Positions 12,681 to 23,000 of a stretch of DNA of 64,000 bases are shown here, in pieces. Origin of the DNA: Escherichia coli (lineage in GTDB: Bacteria; Pseudomonadota; Gammaproteobacteria; Enterobacterales; Enterobacteriaceae); NCBI RefSeq assembly GCF_044324785.1, contig NZ_CP172127.1; one strand, written 5' to 3'. The notes beneath the pieces are model-generated. The model was not told the origin of the DNA. It searched no databases and worked only from the letters and a program-made list of their open reading frames with translations. The position numbers and the translations under genes are program-made. Numbering within the stretch: the stretch's first letter is position 1; the number at the start of each line of letters is the position of its first letter.

Positions 12681-13153
12681 TACAGCCAGCCCCGTTCGGC
12701 AAAAGAGAGGACATCCCCCGCCCCAATAATGAAATGATCCAGCACCCTCACTTTCACCAAATCCAGTGTCTTAACAATATTCGTTGTAATAAGTCTGTCG
12801 GCCCGACTGGGTTTCGTCACGCCGGAGGGATGGTTATGCGCAAGGATCACTGCTGCGGCATTGTGCCGTAGCGCAGATTTCACAATCTCACGGGGATGTA
12901 CTTCTGTGCTGTTAATCGTGCCGAGAAATAGCGTTTCGTGTTCCAGCAGTCGGTTCTGGTTATCGAGGTAGAGCACAACAAACATTTCCCGCTCCTGTCG
13001 TGCCAGATGCAGTTGCAGCCAGGTTTTTGTGGAGTCAGAGGAAAGAAAAGATTCGCCAGGATTGCGTTGATATTTCTCCAGCAGACGCATCGCACGGCGG
13101 ATAGCGCGTTGTTCACTCACCGAAAATACCGGTGTTAGCATCAGTTCAGACAT
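12680..13153 (-). CDS. RadC-like JAB/MPN-domain protein (YeeS/YkfG/YfjY family)
   Basis: 157 aa with the JAMM-like motif HNHPSG; stop overlaps the antitoxin start by 1 nt, typical of CP4-like islands. Confidence 0.8.
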   Translation of the reverse strand: MSELMLTPVFSVSEQRAIRRAMRLLEKYQRNPGESFLSSDSTKTWLQLHLARQEREMFVVLYLDNQNRLLEHETLFLGTINSTEVHPREIVKSALRHNAAAVILAHNHPSGVTKPSRADRLITTNIVKTLDLVKVRVLDHFIIGAGDVLSFAERGWL

Positions 13154-13182
13154 CGTATTTCCTTTACTATTAATAGCGTTGT

Positions 13183-14001
13183 TTATGAGGCCAGTTGCAA
13201 CATGTTTTCAGCCATCACCCACAGGGCGCGGTTGAGCCTGACATCACCGTCGATGCCTTTAATGGCGCGGGTGTGCGTGCGACCACCTTTTGCCGTGCGC
13301 CCGTTTAAACCACCTTTGATCAGGTTCTCCTGAATACGCTGGTAGGTCGTCCACAGATCGCCGGATTCATCCTGCCAGCGGCGGGGAGCCAGCAACTGGG
13401 ATTCCGTCACTGGCTGGTGCTCTTCGCCAAAGCGGTACGTCAGCGCCGCCTTTGCCAGCGCCTGTTGCGCAGGGGGTGGCAGCATCAGCGACTGCATGGC
13501 ATCGCGTTTCTCTTCAACCTGGTCAAAAACACTGAGGACTTCATAAGCGCCTTCAATCACTTTCTCCACCACATTGCCTTTATGCGGTACCCGTACTTCA
13601 CCAAACGACTCGCCGCAGACCAGTCCGTTACAACAAACAGATCGGAACAGCCCTGGCAGCATCTGATATGAACTGGAACCGTCATGGCTGTTGAGAAGAA
13701 TAATTTCCGGCACCTGGTTGCGATTGATCTGGTCTTCCCGGCGCAGACGCAGCATGTGTTTTGTATGCTCACGTTTACCCACATCACGAACGCGGGTCTG
13801 GCAGGCAAAGAAAGGATGAAATCCTTCACGCTGGAGGTTATCGAGCAGAGTAATGGTGGGAATATAGGTATAGCGTTCGCTGCGTGATTCGTGCTTATTT
13901 TCCCCAAATACGCTGGGGACATACTGCATCAGTTCGTCATGAGTTAATGGGCGATCGCGACGGATTTGATTTACGTGACCAAAGCGGCTGGCTAATTTCA
14001 T
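13183..14001 (-). CDS. CP4-like island conserved protein (272 aa; tentatively DUF932/YfjQ-YafZ-like)
   Basis: Size and position in a CP4-57/CP4-6-like gene block; family assignment is from memory and unverified. Confidence 0.45.
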   Translation of the reverse strand: MKLASRFGHVNQIRRDRPLTHDELMQYVPSVFGENKHESRSERYTYIPTITLLDNLQREGFHPFFACQTRVRDVGKREHTKHMLRLRREDQINRNQVPEIILLNSHDGSSSYQMLPGLFRSVCCNGLVCGESFGEVRVPHKGNVVEKVIEGAYEVLSVFDQVEEKRDAMQSLMLPPPAQQALAKAALTYRFGEEHQPVTESQLLAPRRWQDESGDLWTTYQRIQENLIKGGLNGRTAKGGRTHTRAIKGIDGDVRLNRALWVMAENMLQLAS

Positions 14002-14187
14002 GGTGAATTCCTTAATAAAGAATATAAAAAACAGGCCGCATCTTCTGAAAAATTGCGGCTAATTTAATGCGTGATTAAAACGGACGGTAGTATAGGTGGG
14101 ATAAAATAACAGGTACGTGCAGATATTAAATTACATTCCGGCAGTGAATATATGAAAGTGATATAGTGCTGAAATAATACATATCTG

Positions 14188-14218
14188 AATTCTCCCGGTG
14201 ATAGTCACCGGGAGAATT
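14188..14218. terminator. Perfect 14-bp-arm palindrome (AATTCTCCCGGTGA-TAG-TCACCGGGAGAATT) downstream of the 284-aa gene
   Basis: Read directly; lies 19 bp after the stop of 14237..15091 on the minus strand; weak U-tract. Confidence 0.45.
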
Positions 14219-14236
14219 TAAGTTTGAAATGACACC

Positions 14237-15091
14237 TCAACCACGGGATAATCTTGTTTCTATTCCCTGAACTCTTTCGTCTATTAACCTTTCAATAACA
14301 GATATTTTATCTGACTTGTAAAATTTAACCAGAAAATCCAGACGCTCTTTATGCGTATCACTGATAGACTCCCTTTCCCGTTTTTCAGAAAGTTTACGTC
14401 TGAAGTTTTTTTGGTAAAACGCTTTATTTATTTTCTTTACCGCTTTCTGCTGGAGGTCATCATCCGCTGACCATAAATCCAGCATGGCATAAACGGCGTG
14501 ATAGGTTTCTACACTATTCAGTGGTTCCGGGATTTGAACGGGGTCTAAATGGTTTCCTGTATTACTACCGTGCTCTTTCTGGAATTTATTAATGTAATTA
14601 TAAGCCCATATACAGACTTCGTCATTATCCTCATTAAGCCAGCGTAATTTTATTCTCTGATGTTCATTTGCCCTCCAGAATACAAGCCTCTCATATAGCC
14701 ACTGTCTCATCAACGGTGCCTGATTAGTCTCAATATTAATATAGTCCAGTAATGCAACGATGATTGAGTATCTTTCGCTATGACTTGCAGGAGAATCTGT
14801 TATTCCGGCTTTCTGATACCAGTTAATGTTTAAATTTGTGCCCAGCTTTTCGTTAATTGACTCCATACAGCGGTAATCAAGACACATCACGCCCCATAGC
14901 CAGAACGTCGCTCTTTCATTTTCTTTTAACCAACTAAAATATTTCTCCGGCAGAAGCATCGTATTAATCGACAGCTCCAGTGAGCGAATAAAATTACTTC
15001 GCTGAATGGGATCGGGATACCCGACCTCGAGGGCTGTATTAATAATTCTCTCCGAAAGGAGATGTATCTGGATTGTTCCCGTCAAACGCAA
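14237..15091 (-). CDS. Hypothetical protein (284 aa), AT-rich, no recognisable motifs
   Basis: ORF-track start is TTG (GGGAG lies 11 nt upstream); the first in-frame ATG is at codon 45, so the true start is uncertain. Preceded by a ~690-bp ORF-free AT-rich region. Confidence 0.45.
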   Translation of the reverse strand: MRLTGTIQIHLLSERIINTALEVGYPDPIQRSNFIRSLELSINTMLLPEKYFSWLKENERATFWLWGVMCLDYRCMESINEKLGTNLNINWYQKAGITDSPASHSERYSIIVALLDYINIETNQAPLMRQWLYERLVFWRANEHQRIKLRWLNEDNDEVCIWAYNYINKFQKEHGSNTGNHLDPVQIPEPLNSVETYHAVYAMLDLWSADDDLQQKAVKKINKAFYQKNFRRKLSEKRERESISDTHKERLDFLVKFYKSDKISVIERLIDERVQGIETRLSRG

Positions 15092-15783
15092 ATTGATTTG
15101 CTCCCTGAATGTTTTTCCTGATGTACCAGAAAAGAAACCTGCTGGTTCGGATGTCCTTCACTGCTATTGATGAGCGCACATTAACGGCCATTGTTCTACC
15201 TCGTCATCCTTGTTAAATCAGCAAAAAGCAATAGCGTAATTATGACGTGTTTTTGAAGTAAAACCGTAGCAATAAATCAATAAAAGTGGGAAATGCGTAG
15301 TAATATCGTGTTATTCCATAGTAATAGAGTACCATTAACGTAGTTTTTTATTTATCACCATACTCACAGCTTCCGCCCGTAGAAAACGGCTGGATAGTCT
15401 TAAATTTTTCCACGTATAGCCCTGGTGGCTTTACGGGTGAAACCTCCCAGGATAACGAGTTGACATCTGGAAGATGTCATTCATGACCGCAACTCATAGA
15501 TTAGATCAATGTATTAATTATAACTTAAGAGTGAAATCCTTTATCTTCAGGAACAGATAATTAACTACGAACACCAGTAAATACCGGGCTTCTACTCTTT
15601 TTATCACCCTTTCTTTATGAATCAACATTGCCGGTATTAATATTATGTTTATCACTCATTCATTAGATTCAGCATATAGAGGGATGACACCAGAGACAGG
15701 GAAAAGTAATCCAGATCGGCATAGCTCAGTGAAAAGTTACTACAGCACTTATGGATATGTAACCAACCACAAGGAACTGAAGC

Positions 15784-16398
15784 ATGAAACTGAATGAACG
15801 ATATGGCAAGCCTAATGCACACTATATGAAACGTCTGGAAGAGATTACTCGCTATGCGATGGATGATTACGCCAGAATACTGGCTTTCAGAGTGGATTTA
15901 TTACTGCCAGTGGATAATAGCCATAAAGGGTATGACTCAGCGGTTATTACCCGTTTTATAGCCTCACTGAAAGCACAGATAGCCGCATATTTACAACGGC
16001 GCAGGAGAGACGGTAAACGTGTTTACCCCTGTAAGCTGCGATATGCATGGGTAAGAGAATTTGGTGAACTGAATGGCAACAAGCATTATCACATGCTGTT
16101 GTTGGTTAATCGGGAAGTATTCAGGAATACCATGCTGAATACGGAGAATTCAGCGCAACCTCGCGGATTGCTGGTGGGAATGGTAGCGCGAGCATGGGCT
16201 GTGGCGCTTAGACGTACCGAAGATATGGCAAATAAAGTCCCCTTTCATTTACCAGGCGTCTCTTATGAACTGGATCGCAGAAATGGCACAAATACGGACT
16301 TTTTCCGCAGCTACATATACCACATCAGTTATCTGGCGAAGGAGTACACCAAAAACCACGATGACGGTGAACGTAACTTTGGTTGTAGTCAGGGATAA
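15784..16398 (+). CDS. YagK/YfjJ-family protein (inovirus Gp2-like domain)
   Basis: 204 aa; recalled similarity to CP4-57 YfjJ / CP4-6 YagK; conserved HYHMLLL motif. Confidence 0.65.
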   Translation: MKLNERYGKPNAHYMKRLEEITRYAMDDYARILAFRVDLLLPVDNSHKGYDSAVITRFIASLKAQIAAYLQRRRRDGKRVYPCKLRYAWVREFGELNGNKHYHMLLLVNREVFRNTMLNTENSAQPRGLLVGMVARAWAVALRRTEDMANKVPFHLPGVSYELDRRNGTNTDFFRSYIYHISYLAKEYTKNHDDGERNFGCSQG

Positions 16399-16515
16399 GT
16401 AATTTATTACCGGAGAAGTGATTGTAATGGCGGAGTATGCAACATCATCTTAAATTAATGGGTTAGTGTTGCTGCTCCTGTCTTTTATCAACGTAAAGAC
16501 AGAAGGACAATCGTC

Positions 16516-16734
16516 ATGAAAAATCAACCGAATACCGATACTGACCTGATGAATGACAAACTGGTGACGATGGCATTTATTACCACGTTTACTGGCCTGA
16601 CTGACAAATGGTTTTATAAACTGATTAGTGAAGGCAAGTTTCCAAAGCCTGTCAAGCTGGGGCGTAGTTCCCGCTGGCGGGAAAGTGAAGTTAAACGCTG
16701 GCTGACGGAACGTATTGCAGAATCCCGCAATTAA
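16516..16734 (+). CDS. alpA: AlpA-family phage regulatory protein (small HTH DNA-binding protein)
   Basis: 72 aa; AGAAGGA ribosome-binding site; typical AlpA size and a C-terminal SRWRESEVKRWL motif. Confidence 0.7.
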   Translation: MKNQPNTDTDLMNDKLVTMAFITTFTGLTDKWFYKLISEGKFPKPVKLGRSSRWRESEVKRWLTERIAESRN

Positions 16735-16953
16735 TCTCCCTGACACTCTCTCTACACGCCTTCCCCGTAAGCATTAATCAGCACAAATGCTATATCAATA
16801 AGCGTCTGACAGGGCCGTTGCTGTGCATCTATCGACGCGTAACTTCATTATACCCGGATGAAATACGTTTCGTTTAACGTTGTCGAAAAATAATTAACCG
16901 GAGAATAGCCTGCTTATTTAGCAGGAATTCCCCGGATACAGCCACAGATAAAA

Positions 16954-17739
16954 TTAGGAATTAAATGTCCAGCTACCCGTATCGGTCACAATGTCAGCTT
17001 CAATGATACGGTCACACTTCATATATTTGAACGTAGCCACATCACCGAATTTATATTTAGCTGGCAGGGTTCTGTTACCGGCGCTCTCCATTTTACAGTT
17101 CCCTCTGTTTACCCGAATGGATTTCAGCACCACGTTGTCATCAGTGATAGTGAGCTGAATAACACCATATTTGGTATTCCAGCCTTCATTACTGACGGAG
17201 CTGCCGAACTGAACTTTAAATGGTGATGTCGTAGGTTGCTGTGCCTGCTGTTGTTGAGAGGGAGCAGGTTTATTTGCCTGCTGGCTACCAACGCTATTAA
17301 TGCCATTCTGAAGGAGGCTTCTGGAAACCTTAATGGTACCCGGCTTGCATGATACTGTGCTGGTTTCCTGCCCCATTGCATTCATGACAGTGTAATAAGC
17401 ATCACCTGTACCATCATATTCTGAGTAATTGACTGCAACCGCGCCTTCGATATCTTCATTTTCTCCACGTAATGTGAAAGAAGCGGTTCCTGCTCCCGGA
17501 TTAGCCGCCAGAGTCTGTTTCGCTTCGCCGGAAGGAATATCCAGTTTAATAACAGAGCCGCTCTCTTCGGAGTCACCGCCAGGATTTTCAAAACTGATAT
17601 AAACGGTATTGCTGACGTGGCTGAGTGTCATTTGCTCACCGTTATCAAGCAGACATTGCAGGTCATAGGCCCCGACAGCATAAGCAGGGTGGAATGCAAA
17701 TAAAGATACAAACAATACAGGTATAATGATTGGTTTCAT
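16954..17739 (-). CDS. Secreted/periplasmic hypothetical protein with signal peptide and Gln/Pro-rich linker
   Basis: N-terminus MKPIIIPVLFVSLFAFHPAYA-VGAY fits a Sec signal peptide with AYA cleavage site; two predicted domains separated by SQQANKPAPSQQQQAQQPTT; 12 bp downstream of the GTPase gene on the same strand. Confidence 0.6.
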   Translation of the reverse strand: MKPIIIPVLFVSLFAFHPAYAVGAYDLQCLLDNGEQMTLSHVSNTVYISFENPGGDSEESGSVIKLDIPSGEAKQTLAANPGAGTASFTLRGENEDIEGAVAVNYSEYDGTGDAYYTVMNAMGQETSTVSCKPGTIKVSRSLLQNGINSVGSQQANKPAPSQQQQAQQPTTSPFKVQFGSSVSNEGWNTKYGVIQLTITDDNVVLKSIRVNRGNCKMESAGNRTLPAKYKFGDVATFKYMKCDRIIEADIVTDTGSWTFNS

Positions 17740-17751
17740 TAAGCACTTTCC

Positions 17752-18765
17752 CTATCCAAAAAAATGGTCCCAGGCATTACCAGCCCACTCGATAAGTTTG
17801 TCTTTCCCCTTTCGGGTAAGCTCTTTGACAGGCTTTGGTAACGGAAAAGAATCAATAACGTCGTCGAGTATCCCGGAGATTACGCTGCCAAAGCCGTTTT
17901 TTGCTTCCGTCTTTACTTCGTCGGTTTTGAACTCATCCTTAACCTGCGAAGCCGTGCTACTTTTAGCCCGATCAGGCAAAGCCCGAATAATAGTCTCTAC
18001 CAGACGAAGAATGTTGTAGCCCTCATCGGCGGAGACAGGTGTCACCGGATAGTGCGTAAAACCAAATCGTTCAGTAATGTAGGCTTCTTTCTTTTCGATG
18101 TTGATGCGCTGTGCAGGAGATGGCTGATGCAGATGAGTATCCCACTCGCGGAATGGCTCAATTTTATCAACCTGGTTAAGGACGAATAAAACGCGCTCAC
18201 CCCCACCAGCAGGGAGCAGAACATTGTTGTAGAAATGCTCATCCGCAGAAAAGGCCCGATCGTCTCCTTTTATTACCCACAGGATGAGATCCAGGGAGGG
18301 AAGCAAATTACGGTATAAATCTTCATACTCCTTATCCCGCCGGGCATTCTCACCGACACCAGGTATATCAATGATCTTCAGCGAGTGTTTGCCGAAGCGT
18401 ATACGCAATTCCTGAACTTCACGAGTACATGCCTCAACGTCGCTAACTGCACAAACCTCCCCTTTAAACAACGCATTACATACACTACTTTTCCCCGCGC
18501 CTGTTTTTCCCATGACACCAATTACGGGTTCATAGTCGATGGCTTCACTGATTTTGTTCAACAGCTTTTCCCGCAGTGGCTGAGGGAAAATATCAAGAAT
18601 ATCCCTGATGTCAGGTATGTGCGGCTTGCTATCACCTTTTTGCTCGTTGCTACCATTACGTTCTGGAAATATATTGCTCCACATTCCCAAAATCCCGCCT
18701 TCCCTTCTGGTGACGCCACTGGCATCAGTAATCATCCGGCCTTCGCCCTTTACCGGGTCATCCAT
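17752..18765 (-). CDS. YeeP/YkfA/YfjP-family GTPase (50S ribosome-binding GTPase domain)
   Basis: 337 aa; P-loop GVMGKTGAGKSS, DxxG-type switch II IIDIPGVGE, and NQVD (NKxD) motif; AAGGAG ribosome-binding site 9 nt upstream of the ATG. Confidence 0.8.
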   Translation of the reverse strand: MDDPVKGEGRMITDASGVTRREGGILGMWSNIFPERNGSNEQKGDSKPHIPDIRDILDIFPQPLREKLLNKISEAIDYEPVIGVMGKTGAGKSSVCNALFKGEVCAVSDVEACTREVQELRIRFGKHSLKIIDIPGVGENARRDKEYEDLYRNLLPSLDLILWVIKGDDRAFSADEHFYNNVLLPAGGGERVLFVLNQVDKIEPFREWDTHLHQPSPAQRINIEKKEAYITERFGFTHYPVTPVSADEGYNILRLVETIIRALPDRAKSSTASQVKDEFKTDEVKTEAKNGFGSVISGILDDVIDSFPLPKPVKELTRKGKDKLIEWAGNAWDHFFG

Positions 18766-18803
18766 ACGATGTCTCCTTTTTAATTTGAAATGAACGTTGT
18801 CTG

Positions 18804-19520
18804 TTACTCTCTGAAGGTCTGAATTACGTCACTTATGAAACGAAAGTGAGGGAGGGCTGAAATGAACTCTTCACTGGCAGTCAGAGCATCAAGTTCAGGC
18901 TTTCTGCGAAAAGAGGTATCCAGAACGGTTACGGCATTAACGTCTTCCATCCGAAACACCTGTAAATTTCTGGTGCGGGTAGCAACAAGAAACCAGTTTT
19001 TGGATTGAAATATCAAACGGCGGGGAGCTACTGCTTCGTAGCTTTTACCGTTAACTAATAATGTAACGGCGCGGTAGTCGCGGATAGCTTCCGCCAGTTC
19101 CAGAAAACAGGCGGTTTGTGTAACTGGAGATGGCAGCCCTCCATGCCCTATAAGGCACGGCGAGCTTCCGGAGTTACTGGTAATCAGTCGAATTAACCTG
19201 CGATTCTGAGCCGGAATAATCCCTGAAATCCCGGAATTACGGATAAACGCAAAGGTGTTGGGTGAGTGCTCCCAGCCCGTTCGGCGGATAAGTCGGTAGC
19301 TTCCGCTGGAATGCTCGAGATCCAGATGGATCAGGCGTTGCTGAAAATCCCGCTGTAGGGTGCGTTCTGAGACACCAAATTCATCAGCTAATACTTTAAG
19401 CTCCAGAGATTCACCAGCCAGTAAGCGGCTGATAATGACTGATAGCCTGACAGACAGGCGGTCATGATGATCATGCTGTGTTTTCATGGTGGGGACAGTC
19501 CTGTTCTCCCAAAATATCAT
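18804..19520 (-). CDS. YfjR-like transcriptional regulator (HTH plus WYL-like domain)
   Basis: N-terminal HTH region (LKVLADEFGVSERTLQRDF); the ORF track begins at a TTG at 19574 and in-frame ATGs lie at 19520 and 19487, so the start is uncertain. Confidence 0.55.
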   Translation of the reverse strand: MIFWENRTVPTMKTQHDHHDRLSVRLSVIISRLLAGESLELKVLADEFGVSERTLQRDFQQRLIHLDLEHSSGSYRLIRRTGWEHSPNTFAFIRNSGISGIIPAQNRRLIRLITSNSGSSPCLIGHGGLPSPVTQTACFLELAEAIRDYRAVTLLVNGKSYEAVAPRRLIFQSKNWFLVATRTRNLQVFRMEDVNAVTVLDTSFRRKPELDALTASEEFISALPHFRFISDVIQTFRE

Positions 19521-20062
19521 GGTATTGATACGGGAGATTATGCCGTACAGGTACGACACGTTATGTCGTACCAAAGGGGAGTGGATAGAAAAAATGGCGA
19601 AGATGCGAAAAGTTTATTAATGCATTGAAAAAGATGAATTAATAATGAACTTGGGTAAAAGCGCCATCAAAATACGACACGACCTGTCGTATTTTGTGTT
19701 AGCCGGGAAAGGATATCTGCTACTTACTAAAATGATTTAGTGCTGAAAATATTTGTAAGCCAATAAATAGACCGGTATTACGGAGTAACGCCCAGGCTAT
19801 GTTAACGAGCCCGCTGTTTTATTGGCTCAAAAAACATATCCCAGAGATGATCAGCCATACCCTCGTTAGTGAGCAAGGTATCCCTTGAGTAGCCATGGCT
19901 GAAGACGCCCATTGATGGGCGAAAACCAAGGTTCTGGCCGTTAGAACAGTTATGTCGTTAAACACATCACCACCATATGCCATCCGGCTCACTTCGTCGG
20001 CCAAATTAGTGTGATATTCTTTTCAGAATTCCTGTTGTATCCACAACATAAGGCGATGATTG

Positions 20063-23000
20063 ATGGAACAGTCTCTCAATTTTGAAATGTTGCGCAGCCA
20101 GTGGCCGGAACTGGCTGAACTCGCGTGTATGGCGGAACGCTATGTTCACTCCGATCCGGAAAGCTGCCTGGTTAAGCTGCGCAACTACACCGAATTGATG
20201 GTGCGCTGGTTGTATCGTCAGGAGCGGTTGCCGGAAGGTATTAAGGCTAATCTTTACGATTTAATGAATGCTGATGTCTTTACCAGCATGATGCCGGAAG
20301 CCATCATCATGAAAATGGATGCGCTGCGTATCCATGGCAACCGTGCCGCGCACGGCGGACGTATCAAAGCTAAAGATACCTACTGGCTGCTCAAAGAAGC
20401 GTATTTGTTGGGAATTTGGCTGTATGTTCGCTACGCCCACGGTAATGTTGATGACTGCCCCAAATTTACACTCCCTCCATTAACACAATCTTCAGGTCGT
20501 GCAGATGAAAAACGTCTGGAAGATGCAATCAAGGCTCAGGATGAAAGCCGTGAGCGCGAACTGGCGCTACAACGCGCACTACAGCAAGAACAGGAAAAGG
20601 CCGAACACCTCACTCAACGCCTGAATGAAGCCAGAGCGCGTAACCAGCATGTTGCCGATATTCTCTCTATTGATGAAGCTGAAACCCGCCGTCGCCTGAT
20701 TGACTCTCGCCTGCTTGCTGCTGACTGGAATGTAGGCGAAGAACTTAAAAATACCGATCAGGTTACACAGGAACATCCAGTTAAAGAACAGCCTACCGCT
20801 ACCGGTGACGGTTATGCGGACTATGTCTTGTGGGATGAGGCACACAAACCGCTGGCGGTGGTGGAAGCAAAAAAAACCAGCGTCAATGCCGAGCAAGGAC
20901 GAATTCAGGCCCGGCTGTATGCAGACTGGCTGGAAAAAGAATACGGTCAGCGTCCGGTCATCTTCTACACCAACGGTTACGATATCTGGCTGTGGGATGA
21001 CCATAAAACTCATGGTTATCCCCCGCGTCGGGTGTTTGGCTTCTACAGCAAGGAAAGCCTGCAATATCTTATTCAGCAGCGTGAAACCCGTCTACCGCTG
21101 AACAGTGTGCCGCACGTAAAAGACAACGAAGGTAAGGCCGTTGCCGGACGTTTGTACCAGCTTGAAACCATTGCCCGCGTTAGCGAACGGTTTACCAATA
21201 AATATCGTCAGTCATTAATCGTTCAGGCCACCGGCACCGGTAAAACCCGTGTAGCGATTGCACTGAGCAAACTGATGATTGATGCCCGCTGGGTAAAACG
21301 AGTCCTGTTTCTTTGCGACCGCAAGGAACTACGTAAACAGGCGGCGAATGCCTTTAATCAATTCACCAATGAGCCGCTGTATGTGGTCGGGAAATCGAAG
21401 AAAGCAGACAGGCAGAATGCCAGGATCTACATCGCCACCTATCCTGGTATGATGAAAATCATGGACCATTTCGATGTCGGTTATTTCGATTTGATCATCG
21501 CCGATGAATCCCACCGCTCTATCTACAACGTCTACGGCGATCTGTTTAAGTATTTTGATGCCCTCCAGATTGGCCTGACGGCCACGCCGATTGACATGGT
21601 GAGTAAAACCACTTTCGGCCTTTTTGGTTGTGAAGGACGTATTCCTACCGCCAACTACAGCCTGGAAGATGCCATCGCCGATAACAATCTGGTTCCCTAT
21701 GAGGTTGTCACACACACCACAGAATTCCTGCGCGAAGGCATCAAACGGGAGAAATTAAGCGACGCACAAATCCGCGAGCTGGAAGAACAAGGTATAGATC
21801 CCAATACGCTGGAGTTTGATGGCAAGGCGCTGGATGAGGCGATCTACAACAAAGACACCAACCGCTATATCCTGCGTAACCTGATGGAAAATGGCCTGAA
21901 AGATCGGGACGGCCAGTTGCCAGGTAAAACCATCATTTTCGCCCGTAACCACAAACACGCGCTGCTGTTGAATGAATTGTTCGACGATATGTATCCGCAG
22001 TTTGCCGGACGCTTCTGCCAGGTCATCGACAACTACGATCCCCGCGCCGAGCAACTGATTGATGATTTTAAAGGGCTGGATGAAAGCACCAACAAAGAGC
22101 TGACCATCGCTATCTCTGTTGACATGCTCGATACCGGTATTGATGTCCCGGAGATTGTGAATCTGGTCTTTGCCAAACCGGTCAAATCAAAAGTGAAGTT
22201 CTGGCAGATGATTGGCCGTGGTACGCGCCTCTGTCCGGGGTTGTACGGTTACGACGATAACGGCAAACCGCTGGATAAACAGAAATTCCGCATTTTCGAT
22301 CACTGGGGCAATTTTGAGTATCACGAGCTGCATGCCGAAGAGGCCGAAGTCACAGCGACAAAATCGCTTGCACAAAAACGCTTCGAAGCGTGGGTTATGC
22401 TGGGGGCCGCTGCGCAACGTAAATTCGACAAACAGGCGGTGGATTTAGTTGCTCACCAGCTTCGCGAGCAAATCAACGCACTGGATGAAAAGTCGATTGC
22501 CGTACAGGAAAAGTGGCAGCAAAAAGCGCAGTACAGTGATGAAAAGGTGCTGCGCCAGCTTTCTCCGAAAACACAGCAGGATCTGCTATCTATTCTAGCC
22601 CCGCTGATGCAGTGGCTGGACGTGCGCGGGCAAAGCGATGCCATACGCTTTGATATGGATATTCTGGCGGCGCAAACTGCCCGTTATACCAACCCGGAAG
22701 AGCTGGATGTGCTCTGGCCGGCCATCGTCGAAAAAGTGGAGCGCCTGCCGCCGCATTTGGCGCAGGTGCAGCAACAGGGACAACGAATCAATCAGCTTCG
22801 TGATCTAGGCTGGTGGAAGCAGGCCAGTCTGGAAGAGCTGGAGGATATCCGCATTCATTTGCGCGGTATCATGCACCTGATGGAAAAAGACACGACGCCG
22901 AAATTTGGTTCGATACAGGTGGATATTACCGAAGATGCGAACCTGATCCAGACGGAGACCCGCAAAACCAACATCCGTTCGATTGATTTCAAACTCTATC

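Noticed and set aside
9200-19600. Intact prophage
   Set aside because: Only CP4-like accessory genes (alpA, yagK-like, radC-like, toxin-antitoxin, GTPase) are present; no capsid, tail, terminase or lysis genes, so this is a degenerate integrative-element remnant.
19819-20004. 61-aa minus-strand ORF upstream of the second hsdR
   Set aside because: No ribosome-binding site or recognisable motif; lies in the hsdR promoter region and is more likely non-coding or a gene remnant.
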